Below are positions 49,035 through 59,292 of a stretch of 64,000 nucleotides of DNA, piece by piece; position 1 is the stretch's first letter; each line of letters opens with the position of its first letter. The stretch is taken from assembly GCF_947072685.1 (NCBI RefSeq), contig NZ_CAMTIK010000009.1, positions 3,360 through 67,359 on the forward strand, read 5' to 3'. The DNA comes from an uncultured Cetobacterium sp. (GTDB lineage Bacteria > Fusobacteriota > Fusobacteriia > Fusobacteriales > Fusobacteriaceae). Position numbers and translations under genes: made by a program. The notes under the pieces were generated by a model. That model did no database searches, was not told the origin of the DNA, and saw only the letters and a program-made list of their open reading frames with translations.

Positions 49035-50060
49035 ATGAAACTTTTATTAGATAGATGTTCAATCGGTGGTTGAGCAAGTAAAATAGGACCGGAGGTCCTT
49101 TCAAATTTATTAAAAAATCTTCCAAGTGTGGAAGATAAAAATTTAATCGTTGGTTTTGAAAAATCTGATGATGCTGCTATATACAAATTAACTGATGATA
49201 TAGCTCTTATTCAAACTTTAGATTTTTTCACACCTATGATTGACGACCCATATATCTTTGGTCAAATTGCGGCGGCTAACTCTTTGAGTGACGTTTATGC
49301 TATGGGAGGCGAGCCTAAAACAGCCATGAATATTGTTTGTTTTCCTGAAAAAGAAAATATTGAAATTTTAGGTGAAATTTTAAGGGGTGGAGCAGAAAAA
49401 ATAGTTGAGTCTGGAGCTGTCCTAAGTGGAGGACACTCAATTCATGATCCAGAGATTAAGTATGGTCTTTCTGTAACTGGATTAATCCATCCAGATAAAG
49501 TCTTAAAAAATTACGGCTCTGAAGAAGGTGACATTTTGATTATTACTAAGCCTCTAGGAACAGGTATTATTTCAACTGGTTCAAAAGTGGAACCTCTTTC
49601 TGAAGATGTAAAAAAAGAGTGGATTGAAGTTATGACAACTCTAAATAAATACTCTGCAGAAATAATTAAAAATTATCCAGTTTCAGCTTGTACTGATATC
49701 ACAGGATTTGGATTTTTAGGACATGCTTATGAAATGGCTGTTGCGTCTGACAAAACTTTTACTTTAGAGCAAGAGCTTATCCCATATATCGATATTGCAA
49801 GAGAGTTCGCCAAAGAATTTTACATTAACTCGATGGGACAAAAAAATAGAAATTATTTAAATGATAAAGTTGACATAACCTCTGTTCCTCTATGGTTACA
49901 AGAGATTATGCTCGACCCTCAAACATCTGGTGGTTTATTATTTTCTATTCCAGGAAGATATGGATCTGAAATTATAGAAAATTTAAATCAATTAAAAATT
50001 AAATCCGCAATAATTGGTACTGTTGATAAATTTAACGGTAAATATATTGTTGTTAGATAA
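49035..50060 (+). CDS. selD: Selenide, water dikinase; selenoprotein (Sec13)
   Basis: SD AGGAGG, ATG 49035, GG-U(TGA 49071)-ASK in frame with the tracked ORF. DDAAIY, QT.DFF, GGHS, DITGFG, DPQTSGGLL motifs. Confidence 0.93.
49071..49104 (+). promoter_or_regulatory. selD SECIS element
   Basis: UGA, 11 nt, AGGACC-GGA-GGUCCU. Apical G is 17 nt after UGA; UUGA pairs with UCAA (49101-49104). Confidence 0.85.
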
Positions 50061-50069
50061 GGGGAAAAT

Positions 50070-51455
50070 ATGAAAGATAAACAAGCCCTTTTAAGAACTC
50101 TACCAAAAGTAGATAAACTCATAGATTCATTGGAGCAAAAAGAGTTTTTTAAAGGTAAACCATATCAAGAGGTCTACGATGCTGTCAATAACAGCATCGA
50201 TCTTTTTAGAAAAAACATTCTCAACAACACAATCACAAGTTTTTCTTTGGATGATATTGAACGTGAAATTAGAACCTCATTAAATAAAAGTTTAGAATTT
50301 CAATTCAAAAGAGTTATTAATGGTACTGGGACTATTCTTCATACAAATTTAGGAAGAGCTCTTTTTTCAGAGGAACTCGCTGAACATTTAAAGAATTCCC
50401 TTATTGGTTATAGTAACTTAGAGTTTGATTTGAACACTGGAGAAAGAGGAAGCAGATACTCCCATATTGAAACTCTTATCGCTAAAGTTACTGGTGCTGA
50501 AGCGGCTCTTGTTGTCAACAACAATGCAGCGGCTGTTATGTTATGTTTAAATGAATTTAGTAAAAATACATCTGTAATTATTTCTAGAGGTGAACTTGTT
50601 GAAGTTGGGGGTTCTTTTAGAATACCAGATATAATGGAACTTTCTGGAGCTAATCTTATAGAGGTGGGCACAACCAATAGAACGCATCTTGAAGATTATG
50701 AAAAAGCTATCAATGAGACAACTTCTATGCTCTTAAAAGTACACACATCTAACTATCACATCGACGGATTTACAAAATCAGTGAACAATAAAGAGATAGC
50801 AGATTTAGCTAAAAATAAAAACATCATATCTATGGAAGATTTAGGTAGCGGAGTACTTATCGATTTTTCAAAATACAGTTTACAAAAAGAACCTACTATT
50901 TTAGAATCGCTAAATTCTGGAATGGATCTTGTGACTTTTAGTGGAGATAAACTTCTTGGTGGTCCACAATGCGGTATTATTATTGGAAAAAAATCACTCA
51001 TACAAAGATTGAAAAAAAATCAATTTCTAAGAGCTTTCAGAGTTTGTAAGATGACAATTTGTGCTTTAGAATTTATTTTTAAACAATATGTTGATGAAAG
51101 TACAGCTATAAAAAATAATCCCACACTCAATAGAATTTTAGAATCTACTGATGTTGTTCTAGAAAGAGCCCATATTTTAAATTCTCTTTTAAAAACAATA
51201 GGAATCGAAGGGCAAATCATCTCAACTAAAGCTATTATTGGTGGTGGGTCTATGCCAAACGCCTCTCTTGAGAGCTATGGTGTCCTAATAAAAAATATGG
51301 ATCCTTCTTTTATAGAAAAATCATTTTTAAAACAACCTATTCCAATTGTAGGTAGAATTCAAAATAATCAATTTTTTATAGACTTGAAAACAATCCACAG
51401 TGATGAGTACTCTATTATTGTAGATAGTTTTAAGCGAATCCTCGAGTGTGAGTAA
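50070..51455 (+). CDS. selA: L-seryl-tRNA(Sec) selenium transferase
   Basis: VINGTGTILHTNLGRA, VNNNAAAV, EVGTTNRT, FSGDKLLGGPQ motifs. Confidence 0.95.
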   Translation: MKDKQALLRTLPKVDKLIDSLEQKEFFKGKPYQEVYDAVNNSIDLFRKNILNNTITSFSLDDIEREIRTSLNKSLEFQFKRVINGTGTILHTNLGRALFSEELAEHLKNSLIGYSNLEFDLNTGERGSRYSHIETLIAKVTGAEAALVVNNNAAAVMLCLNEFSKNTSVIISRGELVEVGGSFRIPDIMELSGANLIEVGTTNRTHLEDYEKAINETTSMLLKVHTSNYHIDGFTKSVNNKEIADLAKNKNIISMEDLGSGVLIDFSKYSLQKEPTILESLNSGMDLVTFSGDKLLGGPQCGIIIGKKSLIQRLKKNQFLRAFRVCKMTICALEFIFKQYVDESTAIKNNPTLNRILESTDVVLERAHILNSLLKTIGIEGQIISTKAIIGGGSMPNASLESYGVLIKNMDPSFIEKSFLKQPIPIVGRIQNNQFFIDLKTIHSDEYSIIVDSFKRILECE

Positions 51456-51456
51456 T

Positions 51457-53331
51457 ATGAACAATATTATTATAGGTACTGCTGGACACATCGATCATGG
51501 AAAAACAACACTGGTTAAACACCTTACTAATATCAATACAGATACCATGAAAGAGGAAAAAGAAAGAGGTATGACCATTGATTTAGGTTTTGCCCCTCTC
51601 ATTGCTCCGGACGGTAAAACATTTAGTATTATTGACGTCCCAGGGCATGAAAAATTTATTAAAAATATGGTTGCTGGGGTTAAAGGAATAGACTTTGTTC
51701 TATTCCTTATTGCCTGTGATGATGGGATTATGCCTCAAACTGTGGAGCATAAAGAAATACTTAAACTCCTTGGAATACATCATGGAATTATTGTTCTATC
51801 CAAAAGAGATCTAGTTTCTTTTGAAGAAGCTGAGCAACTAAAAGTGGATATAACTAATTTTTTTGATGATGGATTTTTCAAATCTTTTCCAGTTGTTGAA
51901 GTTTCAAATAAAGATGAAACCTCTTATACACTTCTTTATGAAAAAATTATTGAAGAGACCTCAAAAATCCAACGTACTAATCCTCATAATCATAACTTTT
52001 TTAGATTGGATATAGATAAAATATACTCTCCTAAAGGAGTTGGAACTATTGTTAGTGGAACATCCGAGGGGAGTATCTCCAAAGGAGATTTTTTAACTCT
52101 CTATCCAAGTAAAGTACAGATTCGTATAAAAGGAATTCAAACTCATGGTAAATCTATTGATACAGTTACATCCCACCAAAGATGTGCATTCAACATCACA
52201 AATATTAACGCTAAAGATATTGAAAGAGGAAATCTTTTAACAAATCATCCTGCTCTTTTAAATACTCGACTTATAGATGTTTTATTTACTCCTCTTACAA
52301 AAAAAATACTTCCTAAAAACAACACTAAAATTCGTTTAAATATTGCTACTGGTGAGTATTTTGGAAAAATAAAATATCTTCACGATAATATTGACAAAAC
52401 ATTTTTTTTCCAACTTATAATGGATAAAGAGATCCCTGTTAATTTTGGAGACATAGGTATTATTAGAAGTTTAGAAAATTCATCTCTTTTAGGTGGAGTT
52501 CGTATTTTAAATACACTGGCTATGCCAACTAAAAAAAACAATCCCTTATATTTAAAAAAACTAGAACTTCTTTGTAATAAAGATGAAATTGATATAAATG
52601 AATATCTTTACCATAAAAATAGTTTTATATCCCTAGCACAGCTCAATCAAGAGCTCAATGCTAACTATTGTCTTGGGGATTTTAATACTGATATTTTAAT
52701 TTTACAAGATTCAAATATTATTATTCATAAGGATGTTCTTTCTTCAATAAAAAATCATATTTTTGAATATATATCTTTATTTCATGAAAAAAACCCTTTA
52801 AAGCATGGACTTTCTATAGCTACCTTGAAAAATAAATTTTTCTTAAACAAAAATACGAAAGAGTTTAATGATTTTCTAATTTTTCTTTCAAAAGATACTT
52901 TTAAAATCAAAGACGGTTCTCTCTCTCTTTCAAATTTTAAAATAAAACTTTCAAAAGATGATCGTCTCATCAAAGACACTCTTTTAATTATTCTTAAAAA
53001 TCAAGCCTTTAAGGGGCTTGAATTAAAAAAAATAGAAGCATCTTTCATCGACAAAAAAAGATTGAAAGATATTCTTTTCTATCTACTTTCTGAAGGTTTA
53101 CTAATTGAAATTTCAAATAATACCTATATTTTAAAAGGATTTTTTAAAGAGGCTTTAAATCGATTAAATCTTTTTTTTATGTCTAACACTGAACTAACTT
53201 TGAGCGAATTTCGAAACATTTTAGGTAGTAATCGCGAAGCTGCCCTCATGTATTTGGAATACTTTGATTTTATAGGTATCACTAAAAAAGTTGGCACCTA
53301 TAGAATTTTTAAAAATATCGATACAAAATAA
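51457..53331 (+). CDS. selB: Selenocysteine-specific elongation factor
   Basis: GTAGHIDHGKT, GMTIDLGF, DVPGHE; C-terminal winged helices ending R...LEYFD...T.K.G..R. Confidence 0.93.
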   Translation: MNNIIIGTAGHIDHGKTTLVKHLTNINTDTMKEEKERGMTIDLGFAPLIAPDGKTFSIIDVPGHEKFIKNMVAGVKGIDFVLFLIACDDGIMPQTVEHKEILKLLGIHHGIIVLSKRDLVSFEEAEQLKVDITNFFDDGFFKSFPVVEVSNKDETSYTLLYEKIIEETSKIQRTNPHNHNFFRLDIDKIYSPKGVGTIVSGTSEGSISKGDFLTLYPSKVQIRIKGIQTHGKSIDTVTSHQRCAFNITNINAKDIERGNLLTNHPALLNTRLIDVLFTPLTKKILPKNNTKIRLNIATGEYFGKIKYLHDNIDKTFFFQLIMDKEIPVNFGDIGIIRSLENSSLLGGVRILNTLAMPTKKNNPLYLKKLELLCNKDEIDINEYLYHKNSFISLAQLNQELNANYCLGDFNTDILILQDSNIIIHKDVLSSIKNHIFEYISLFHEKNPLKHGLSIATLKNKFFLNKNTKEFNDFLIFLSKDTFKIKDGSLSLSNFKIKLSKDDRLIKDTLLIILKNQAFKGLELKKIEASFIDKKRLKDILFYLLSEGLLIEISNNTYILKGFFKEALNRLNLFFMSNTELTLSEFRNILGSNREAALMYLEYFDFIGITKKVGTYRIFKNIDTK

Positions 53332-53397
53332 AGGAAAATTTTGCTTTTGTATTAATAATAATCATATATCTACTATTATTAATCGGGAGTGATGATT

Positions 53398-53865
53398 ATG
53401 GAATTAAAAGTTATCAACGAAAAAAAACCTTTTTTTGTAGAAGGAATTGATATTGATGCTCCAAAAGATTTTGTTTTTAAATTCATTTCAGAGTATGAAA
53501 AGCATGGACTTTGGATTCAAGGTTTAAAAAATGAAACTCATACTGATGTTGATGGTGTTGTGGGATCTACATTTACAGAAACGCTGAAATTATATGGATT
53601 GGAAGAGGAATACTGTGGAAAAGTTTTGTCTTATGAGGTTGGTAAGATGTATCAAATTGAAATAGGTGATAAATGGGTAGATTTTAAGATTGAATATGAT
53701 TTTGACGAGATTGCTCCAGAAAAAACTCATCTTATTCAAACTGCTTGGACCATAAAAGGTACGGGATTACATAAATTATTTAATTTTTTTAATCGTCAAA
53801 TTCTTCATAAACAAATGGAAAAGTTAAAAGCTTCCGCAGAAGCTGAATATAAAAAAGTTAAATAA
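53398..53865 (+). CDS. SRPBCC (START-like) family protein
   Basis: IDIDAP...VF.FI....W pattern and the typical length. Function unknown. Confidence 0.65.
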   Translation: MELKVINEKKPFFVEGIDIDAPKDFVFKFISEYEKHGLWIQGLKNETHTDVDGVVGSTFTETLKLYGLEEEYCGKVLSYEVGKMYQIEIGDKWVDFKIEYDFDEIAPEKTHLIQTAWTIKGTGLHKLFNFFNRQILHKQMEKLKASAEAEYKKVK

Positions 53866-53938
53866 TTACATCTGAAGTAAAAACGAGGTAACTATTCAGC
53901 TAGTATATATTACAAAAATAAAAAGCAACTAAATAATA

Positions 53939-53978
53939 GGGGGTTTCTGCACCTAATGGTGCAGAAACCCCCTTTTTT
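53939..53978. terminator. GC-rich terminator hairpin between convergent genes
   Basis: GGGGGTTTCTGCACC-TAAT-GGTGCAGAAACCCCC followed by TTTTTT. Confidence 0.8.
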
Positions 53979-53986
53979 ATTTGAAA

Positions 53987-54475
53987 TTATTTTGTAAGCA
54001 TCTCTATCAAATCTTGAACTGTTGAGTTTAAATATTGACCTTTTAGATAATCCATTTTTATATTTTCATAAATATGATCTTTAACCTCTTTTGGCCTTTC
54101 CATAAATGTTTCACCACATATTTCAAAATTTTCTGATAATGGAACTATAAATGGAACTTTAAAATCATCAATTCCTAATATTGGTTTTAAAAACTTTTCT
54201 CCTCTAGCTTTTGTTATCACTGTCATATCAAACTTTTCATTGAGCTCACATATTTTTTTTAACACTGTTACATTCAGTTGAAAATCCATGCACCACGGTT
54301 CTCCAGAAACTAAGAAATAAACTTTTTTTTCTATAGATTTAATTTTTTCTATTTGCTCTTGTGACATCTCAATTCTAGAATAATTTTTAGGAATTCTATC
54401 TCTTTCACTTTTTATTCCAGTCCCCATAAAAGCATCAAAATTCATTCCCGCAAAATAAAGAGTTTTTATATCCAT
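53987..54475 (-). CDS. Thioredoxin-fold protein (Thioredoxin_9-like) with a single active-site Cys
   Basis: SGEPWCMDF aligns with the family E.WC.DC motif; KVPFIV cis-Pro loop. Confidence 0.7.
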   Translation of the reverse strand: MDIKTLYFAGMNFDAFMGTGIKSERDRIPKNYSRIEMSQEQIEKIKSIEKKVYFLVSGEPWCMDFQLNVTVLKKICELNEKFDMTVITKARGEKFLKPILGIDDFKVPFIVPLSENFEICGETFMERPKEVKDHIYENIKMDYLKGQYLNSTVQDLIEMLTK

Positions 54476-54495
54476 ATTTTCACCCCTATATATTT

Positions 54496-55161
54496 TTACT
54501 TTTTCATTTTATAATATTTATATCTCAATAAAAAGTAATATATTCCACTGAATATATAAGATATCGAGATGTAGTTTATTATTCCTCTACCTAAATATTT
54601 AAATCCTAAAGCTACAATTAAACCACCTATTATAAAAGATAAAATATTTATAGCATAATATTTTATCTTCCAAGTTATATCTTTATTCCCTCTTAAATAA
54701 TGGCCTATAACAACTCCAAGATCTGTTACTGTCCCTGTCATATGAGTAGTTCTTATAACCATTCCTTTGTAACGTATAAAAAGTCCATTTTGTATCCCAA
54801 GTGCAAACGCTAGCACAAAAACAAATATTAATTTACCATAAATGTAATAATCTATAAACTTTAGTAGGATACCTATAAAAATAAACGTATCTCCATATCG
54901 TTTTCTAAGTTCAAAATCTCTTCCAGAACCTATTATTATTCCGGAAACTATCGCTCCTAAAAAAAATGAGCACACTAAACTTAACATTATCTCTAGATGA
55001 AGCATATTGTTATATATTAAGTCTGTCGAAATTCTTGTTATACTTCCTGTTATATGACTTGCAGTTAAAGCAAATTGCAATATTGCAAAAGCATTCATTC
55101 CACCACCTAAAAGAGCCAGTGAACTTATCCATAAAAATAACTTATCATTTATCTTTTCCAT
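54496..55161 (-). CDS. YoaK/DUF1275 family membrane protein
   Basis: GG.NA, SHITG, FA.GIQN, TTHMTG.VTDLG motifs. Confidence 0.88.
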   Translation of the reverse strand: MEKINDKLFLWISSLALLGGGMNAFAILQFALTASHITGSITRISTDLIYNNMLHLEIMLSLVCSFFLGAIVSGIIIGSGRDFELRKRYGDTFIFIGILLKFIDYYIYGKLIFVFVLAFALGIQNGLFIRYKGMVIRTTHMTGTVTDLGVVIGHYLRGNKDITWKIKYYAINILSFIIGGLIVALGFKYLGRGIINYISISYIFSGIYYFLLRYKYYKMKK

Positions 55162-55175
55162 CTCTATCCACTTTA

Positions 55176-55631
55176 TTAGTATTTTATTTTAAATACTACC
55201 TTTCTTAAATCTTTTGGCTCTTCATTTAAAGCTATCAAAGGCATATGTGGCTCATCTGGAAAAAATATTATGAAATTCTCTTCATCCATTTGAAATCGGT
55301 GCTCCTCTATTCCTTCAAGAACTTGGAAATCACTTTCACTATTATATTCTGTTTTTTCTTTTAAAATATCTTTCAGTGAATATCCAATTCCTTCTTCTCC
55401 ACTAATAACTAAATGAATATCAATATAATTTTTATGCCCTTCAAAAAAACACTCATTTAATATTTTTGTTTTACACTCCTGAAGATTAAAAAATACATTG
55501 TCTCCATCAATCTCATTTTTACCTATTGTTCCTGTTTTATAATTTCCACTTTCAATAGCTTCAATAGCTTTATCTAGTCCTTTTGAAATTCCTTTATAAA
55601 ACTTTAATTCATCAATTTTCCCAAAAATCAT
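55176..55631 (-). CDS. YhcH/YjgK/YiaL (NanQ-like) family protein
   Basis: FEGHKNYIDIH, IFFP.E.H.P, KVVFKI motifs. Confidence 0.9.
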   Translation of the reverse strand: MIFGKIDELKFYKGISKGLDKAIEAIESGNYKTGTIGKNEIDGDNVFFNLQECKTKILNECFFEGHKNYIDIHLVISGEEGIGYSLKDILKEKTEYNSESDFQVLEGIEEHRFQMDEENFIIFFPDEPHMPLIALNEEPKDLRKVVFKIKY

Positions 55632-55676
55632 CTTGTAATCCCCCTCATTTTTTATTCATATTTTATCATATTCCAA

Positions 55677-55747
55677 ATAGGTTTATAAAGTCAAGTTATA
55701 ATTTAATTTAGATTGATTTTTTTTGATAATTCTTCTATAATATAGTG
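55677..55747 (+). repeat. 71-bp direct repeat, copy 2 = native lepA promoter (TTGATT 55713, TATAAT 55736)
   Basis: 70/71 identical to 635..705. Followed by SD GAGGAGG and the lepA GTG start. Confidence 0.95.
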
Positions 55748-55775
55748 TGAATAAATATATTTAGAGGAGGATACT

Positions 55776-57578
55776 GTGTTACAAAAATTTAAAAGAAACT
55801 TTTCAATTATAGCTCATATAGATCATGGTAAATCAACAATTGCTGATAGATTATTACAAGCAACTGGAACTGTTAATGAAAGAGACATGAAAGAACAACT
55901 TCTTGATTCGATGGAGCTTGAAAGAGAAAAGGGAATTACAATCAAAGCGCAAGCCGTTACACTAAAGTATAAGGCAAACGATGGGAATGATTATGAGTTA
56001 AACTTAATTGATACTCCAGGACACGTTGACTTTATATACGAGGTTTCTCGTTCTTTGTCAGCTTGTGAAGGGGCTCTTCTTGTTGTGGATGCCGCACAAG
56101 GTGTTGAAGCTCAAACGCTTGCAAACGTTTATCTAGCTCTTGAGAACAATCTTGAAATTGTTCCTGTTATTAACAAAATTGATCTTCCTGCAGCTGATGT
56201 AGAAAAAGTTAGAAATGAAATTGAAGATATTATTGGATTACCTGCACATAATGCTGTTCTTGCTTCAGCTAAATCTGGAATAGGAATTACAGAACTTTTA
56301 GAAGCTATCGTGGAGAGAGTTCCGGCTCCTACCTTTGATGAAGAAGCCCCTCTGAAAGCTATGATTTTTGACTCATTATTTGATGATTACCGTGGTGTTA
56401 TAACTTATCTTAAAGTTATGGATGGATCTATCAAAAAAGGAGATAAAATTAAAGTTTGGTCTACTGGAAAAGAGTTTGATGTTCTTGAGTGTGGTATTTT
56501 TGCTCCAACTAAAAAAGAGCAACCTGAACTTAGCTCTGGATCAGTTGGCTATATAATAACTGGTATTAAAACTATTCAAGATACTCAAGTAGGAGATACA
56601 ATTACTCACGTTAAGAGACCTTGTTTAAATCCATTAGAAGGATTTAGAGCAGCTCAATCGATGGTATTTGCTGGACTTTACCCTCTATCTACTGATGACT
56701 ACGAAGATTTAAGAGATGCTCTTGAAAAACTTCAACTTAATGATGCATCTCTATCATTTGTTCCAGAAACATCACTAGCTCTAGGATTTGGATTTAGATG
56801 TGGATTCTTAGGATTACTTCATATGGAGATTATTGTTGAAAGACTTAGAAGAGAATACGATATTGATTTAATATCTACTTCTCCATCTGTTGAATATAGA
56901 ATTACTATCGAAAATCAAGAAACGTATATTATAGACAATCCTTGTGAATTCCCAGAAGGCGGAAGAGCAAAATTTGCCGTAGAAGAACCATATATAAAAG
57001 GAAGTATCTTGACTCCTAAGGACTATGTTGGAAATGTTATGGAACTTTGTCAAGAAAAAAGAGGAACATATGTAGATATGAAGTATATAGATGATAACAG
57101 AACAATGGTAATTTATGAGTTACCTCTTGCTGAAATTGTTATCGACTTCTATGATAAATTAAAATCTAGAACAAAAGGTTACGCTTCTTTTGAATATGAA
57201 ATGATTGGATATAGAGAATCTAAGCTTGTTAAAGTTGACATCTTGGTATCTGCAAATGTTGTTGATGCTTTCTCATTCATAGCCCATGCTGACAATGCTG
57301 CTTCTAGAGGAAGAGCAATTTGTGAAAAATTGAAAGAAATTATCCCTAGACAACAATTTGAAGTCCCTATTCAAGCTGCTTTAGGAGCTAAAATAATCGC
57401 TAGAGAAACTATCAAAGCATATAGAAAGAATGTACTTGCTAAATGTTATGGTGGAGATGTTTCGAGAAAGAAGAAACTTTTAGAGAAGCAAAAAGAGGGT
57501 AAAAAGAGAATGAAACAGATTGGAAATGTTGAAATTCCTCAAGAGGCCTTTGTATCTGTACTTAAACTTAACGACTAA
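55776..57578 (+). CDS. lepA: Elongation factor 4
   Basis: [57 protein letters not shown] motifs. Confidence 0.98.
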   Translation: MLQKFKRNFSIIAHIDHGKSTIADRLLQATGTVNERDMKEQLLDSMELEREKGITIKAQAVTLKYKANDGNDYELNLIDTPGHVDFIYEVSRSLSACEGALLVVDAAQGVEAQTLANVYLALENNLEIVPVINKIDLPAADVEKVRNEIEDIIGLPAHNAVLASAKSGIGITELLEAIVERVPAPTFDEEAPLKAMIFDSLFDDYRGVITYLKVMDGSIKKGDKIKVWSTGKEFDVLECGIFAPTKKEQPELSSGSVGYIITGIKTIQDTQVGDTITHVKRPCLNPLEGFRAAQSMVFAGLYPLSTDDYEDLRDALEKLQLNDASLSFVPETSLALGFGFRCGFLGLLHMEIIVERLRREYDIDLISTSPSVEYRITIENQETYIIDNPCEFPEGGRAKFAVEEPYIKGSILTPKDYVGNVMELCQEKRGTYVDMKYIDDNRTMVIYELPLAEIVIDFYDKLKSRTKGYASFEYEMIGYRESKLVKVDILVSANVVDAFSFIAHADNAASRGRAICEKLKEIIPRQQFEVPIQAALGAKIIARETIKAYRKNVLAKCYGGDVSRKKKLLEKQKEGKKRMKQIGNVEIPQEAFVSVLKLND

Positions 57579-57638
57579 TAAATATATCAAAAAGGTGGGA
57601 TTTTTCCCACCTTTTAGTATATGGGAGGTATTTTTTAC

Positions 57639-59252
57639 ATGAACAGATTCAAATTTATTTTAAAAAGAGTTTTCCCTGATATTTTAAGTATTTTAATATT
57701 TCTATCTGGTACATTAATTATTTTTTCTAATACAACAAAATTTGCCATGAATCATATTAAATATATATATATGATACTCCCTGGTGATATTATAGTCTTA
57801 TCTCATCTATCCTCAAATATTATAGGAACTTTTCTCCTTATTCTTGCTTATGGTATTTATCGAAGACTTGACAGTGCCTATTATCTTTCTGTTGTCTCCT
57901 TTGTTTTAGCTATATTTTTTAGTTTCTTTAAAGGATTTAATTATATAGAGGCTTTCTTTTTTAGTGTTATTCTTCTTTTATTGATCCCATCAAAAGACAG
58001 ATTTTATAGAAAATCCTCTATTTTAAAAGATAAACTATCACCAACTTGGATTTTACTTACACTATCAGTTATTTTACTCAGTATTTTCTTTGGATTTTAT
58101 TCATTTAGAACCGTTGAGTATCGAAAAGAAGTTTGGTGGCATTTAGCTTTAAATAGACAATACTCTATTTTTTTAAGAAATAGTTTTGTTTCTATATCAA
58201 TTTTTTGTTTATTTTTAGTATTCAATTTCTTCAATACAGTTCTAAGTGTTGAAAAAATACCAAGTTTAAGAGTTTTAGAAGATATTAAAAAAATTATTAA
58301 ATTAAGTGACAACAGTTATTCAGGTTTGGCTTACCTTTCTGATAAATCTGTAATATTTAATAAAACCAAAACATCCTTTATCATGTTTGGTAACACTAAT
58401 AGTAATTTAATCTCAATGGGAGACCCTATTGGTGATAGAAAAGGATTTCAAGAGATTATACGAGAGTTCTATCGAATTGGGAGAGAAAGTGGTAAAAATA
58501 TAGCTTTTTATGAAATTTCTAAAGACCATTTAGCTGAATATCTTGAACTTGGACTTAAAATTATTAAAATAGGAGAGGAAGCAATTATAAATTTAAAAGC
58601 TTATGATATTTCTACTCCTAAGTATAAAAAAATTAGATATACTTTCAATAAGTTTGAAAAATTTAATTATACTTTCAAAGTTGTCGATTCAATTGTCGGG
58701 TTAGAAGAGGAACTTCAATCAGTTTCTGATAACTGGTTAGATAATAAAAAAGCCAAAGAAAAAACATTTTCACTTGGACATTTTGATGTGAACTACTTAA
58801 AAAATTTTAAAATGGCTCTGCTTTATGATGAGAATAATAAGATTATTGCATTTTCAAATATCATGTCTACAGATGAAAAAAATGAAATGGCTATTGATCT
58901 TATGAGATACCTTGACTCTGCAGCATCTGGAACAATGGAATATCTTTTTATTAAAATAATAAACTGGGCAAAAGAAAATGACTATAAAACCTTTAGTCTA
59001 GGAATGGCTCCTCTTTCTGGTATCTACGGTGGTGAATTAGCACCGCTTTGGAATAGACTAAGTGTATTCCTTTTTAATCACGGTGGAAATTTCTATAATT
59101 TTGAAGGTCTAAGACAATTTAAAGATAAATTTGCTCCAGAGTGGAAATCTAAATATTTAGCTTATTCTGGACACTTTAACTTAGCATCTCTTCTAAAGGA
59201 CATCGCTTTTTTAATATCTGGTGGACTTCTTGGAATTTTTTCTAAAAAATAA
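57639..59252 (+). CDS. MprF-like aminoacyl-phosphatidylglycerol synthase lacking the flippase module
   Basis: Short TM region followed by a DUF2156 catalytic domain (MGDPIG, GEEA, IDLMR, LGMAPL, YNFEGLR.FK.KF.P.W...YLA). Confidence 0.82.
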   Translation: MNRFKFILKRVFPDILSILIFLSGTLIIFSNTTKFAMNHIKYIYMILPGDIIVLSHLSSNIIGTFLLILAYGIYRRLDSAYYLSVVSFVLAIFFSFFKGFNYIEAFFFSVILLLLIPSKDRFYRKSSILKDKLSPTWILLTLSVILLSIFFGFYSFRTVEYRKEVWWHLALNRQYSIFLRNSFVSISIFCLFLVFNFFNTVLSVEKIPSLRVLEDIKKIIKLSDNSYSGLAYLSDKSVIFNKTKTSFIMFGNTNSNLISMGDPIGDRKGFQEIIREFYRIGRESGKNIAFYEISKDHLAEYLELGLKIIKIGEEAIINLKAYDISTPKYKKIRYTFNKFEKFNYTFKVVDSIVGLEEELQSVSDNWLDNKKAKEKTFSLGHFDVNYLKNFKMALLYDENNKIIAFSNIMSTDEKNEMAIDLMRYLDSAASGTMEYLFIKIINWAKENDYKTFSLGMAPLSGIYGGELAPLWNRLSVFLFNHGGNFYNFEGLRQFKDKFAPEWKSKYLAYSGHFNLASLLKDIAFLISGGLLGIFSKK

Positions 59253-59292
59253 AAATGAGGATAGCTTTTTAAGCTCTCCTCATTTTTTACAT

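Noticed and set aside
49128-50060. ORF-track start of selD at GTG 49128
   Set aside because: It omits the catalytic Sec. The upstream ATG, SD, in-frame TGA and SECIS support a start at 49035.
53939-53972. Second 15-bp GC-rich hairpin with a TAAW loop as a sibling of the 821..854 hairpin
   Set aside because: The stem sequence is different, it has a U-tract, and it lies between convergent genes, so a terminator explains it.
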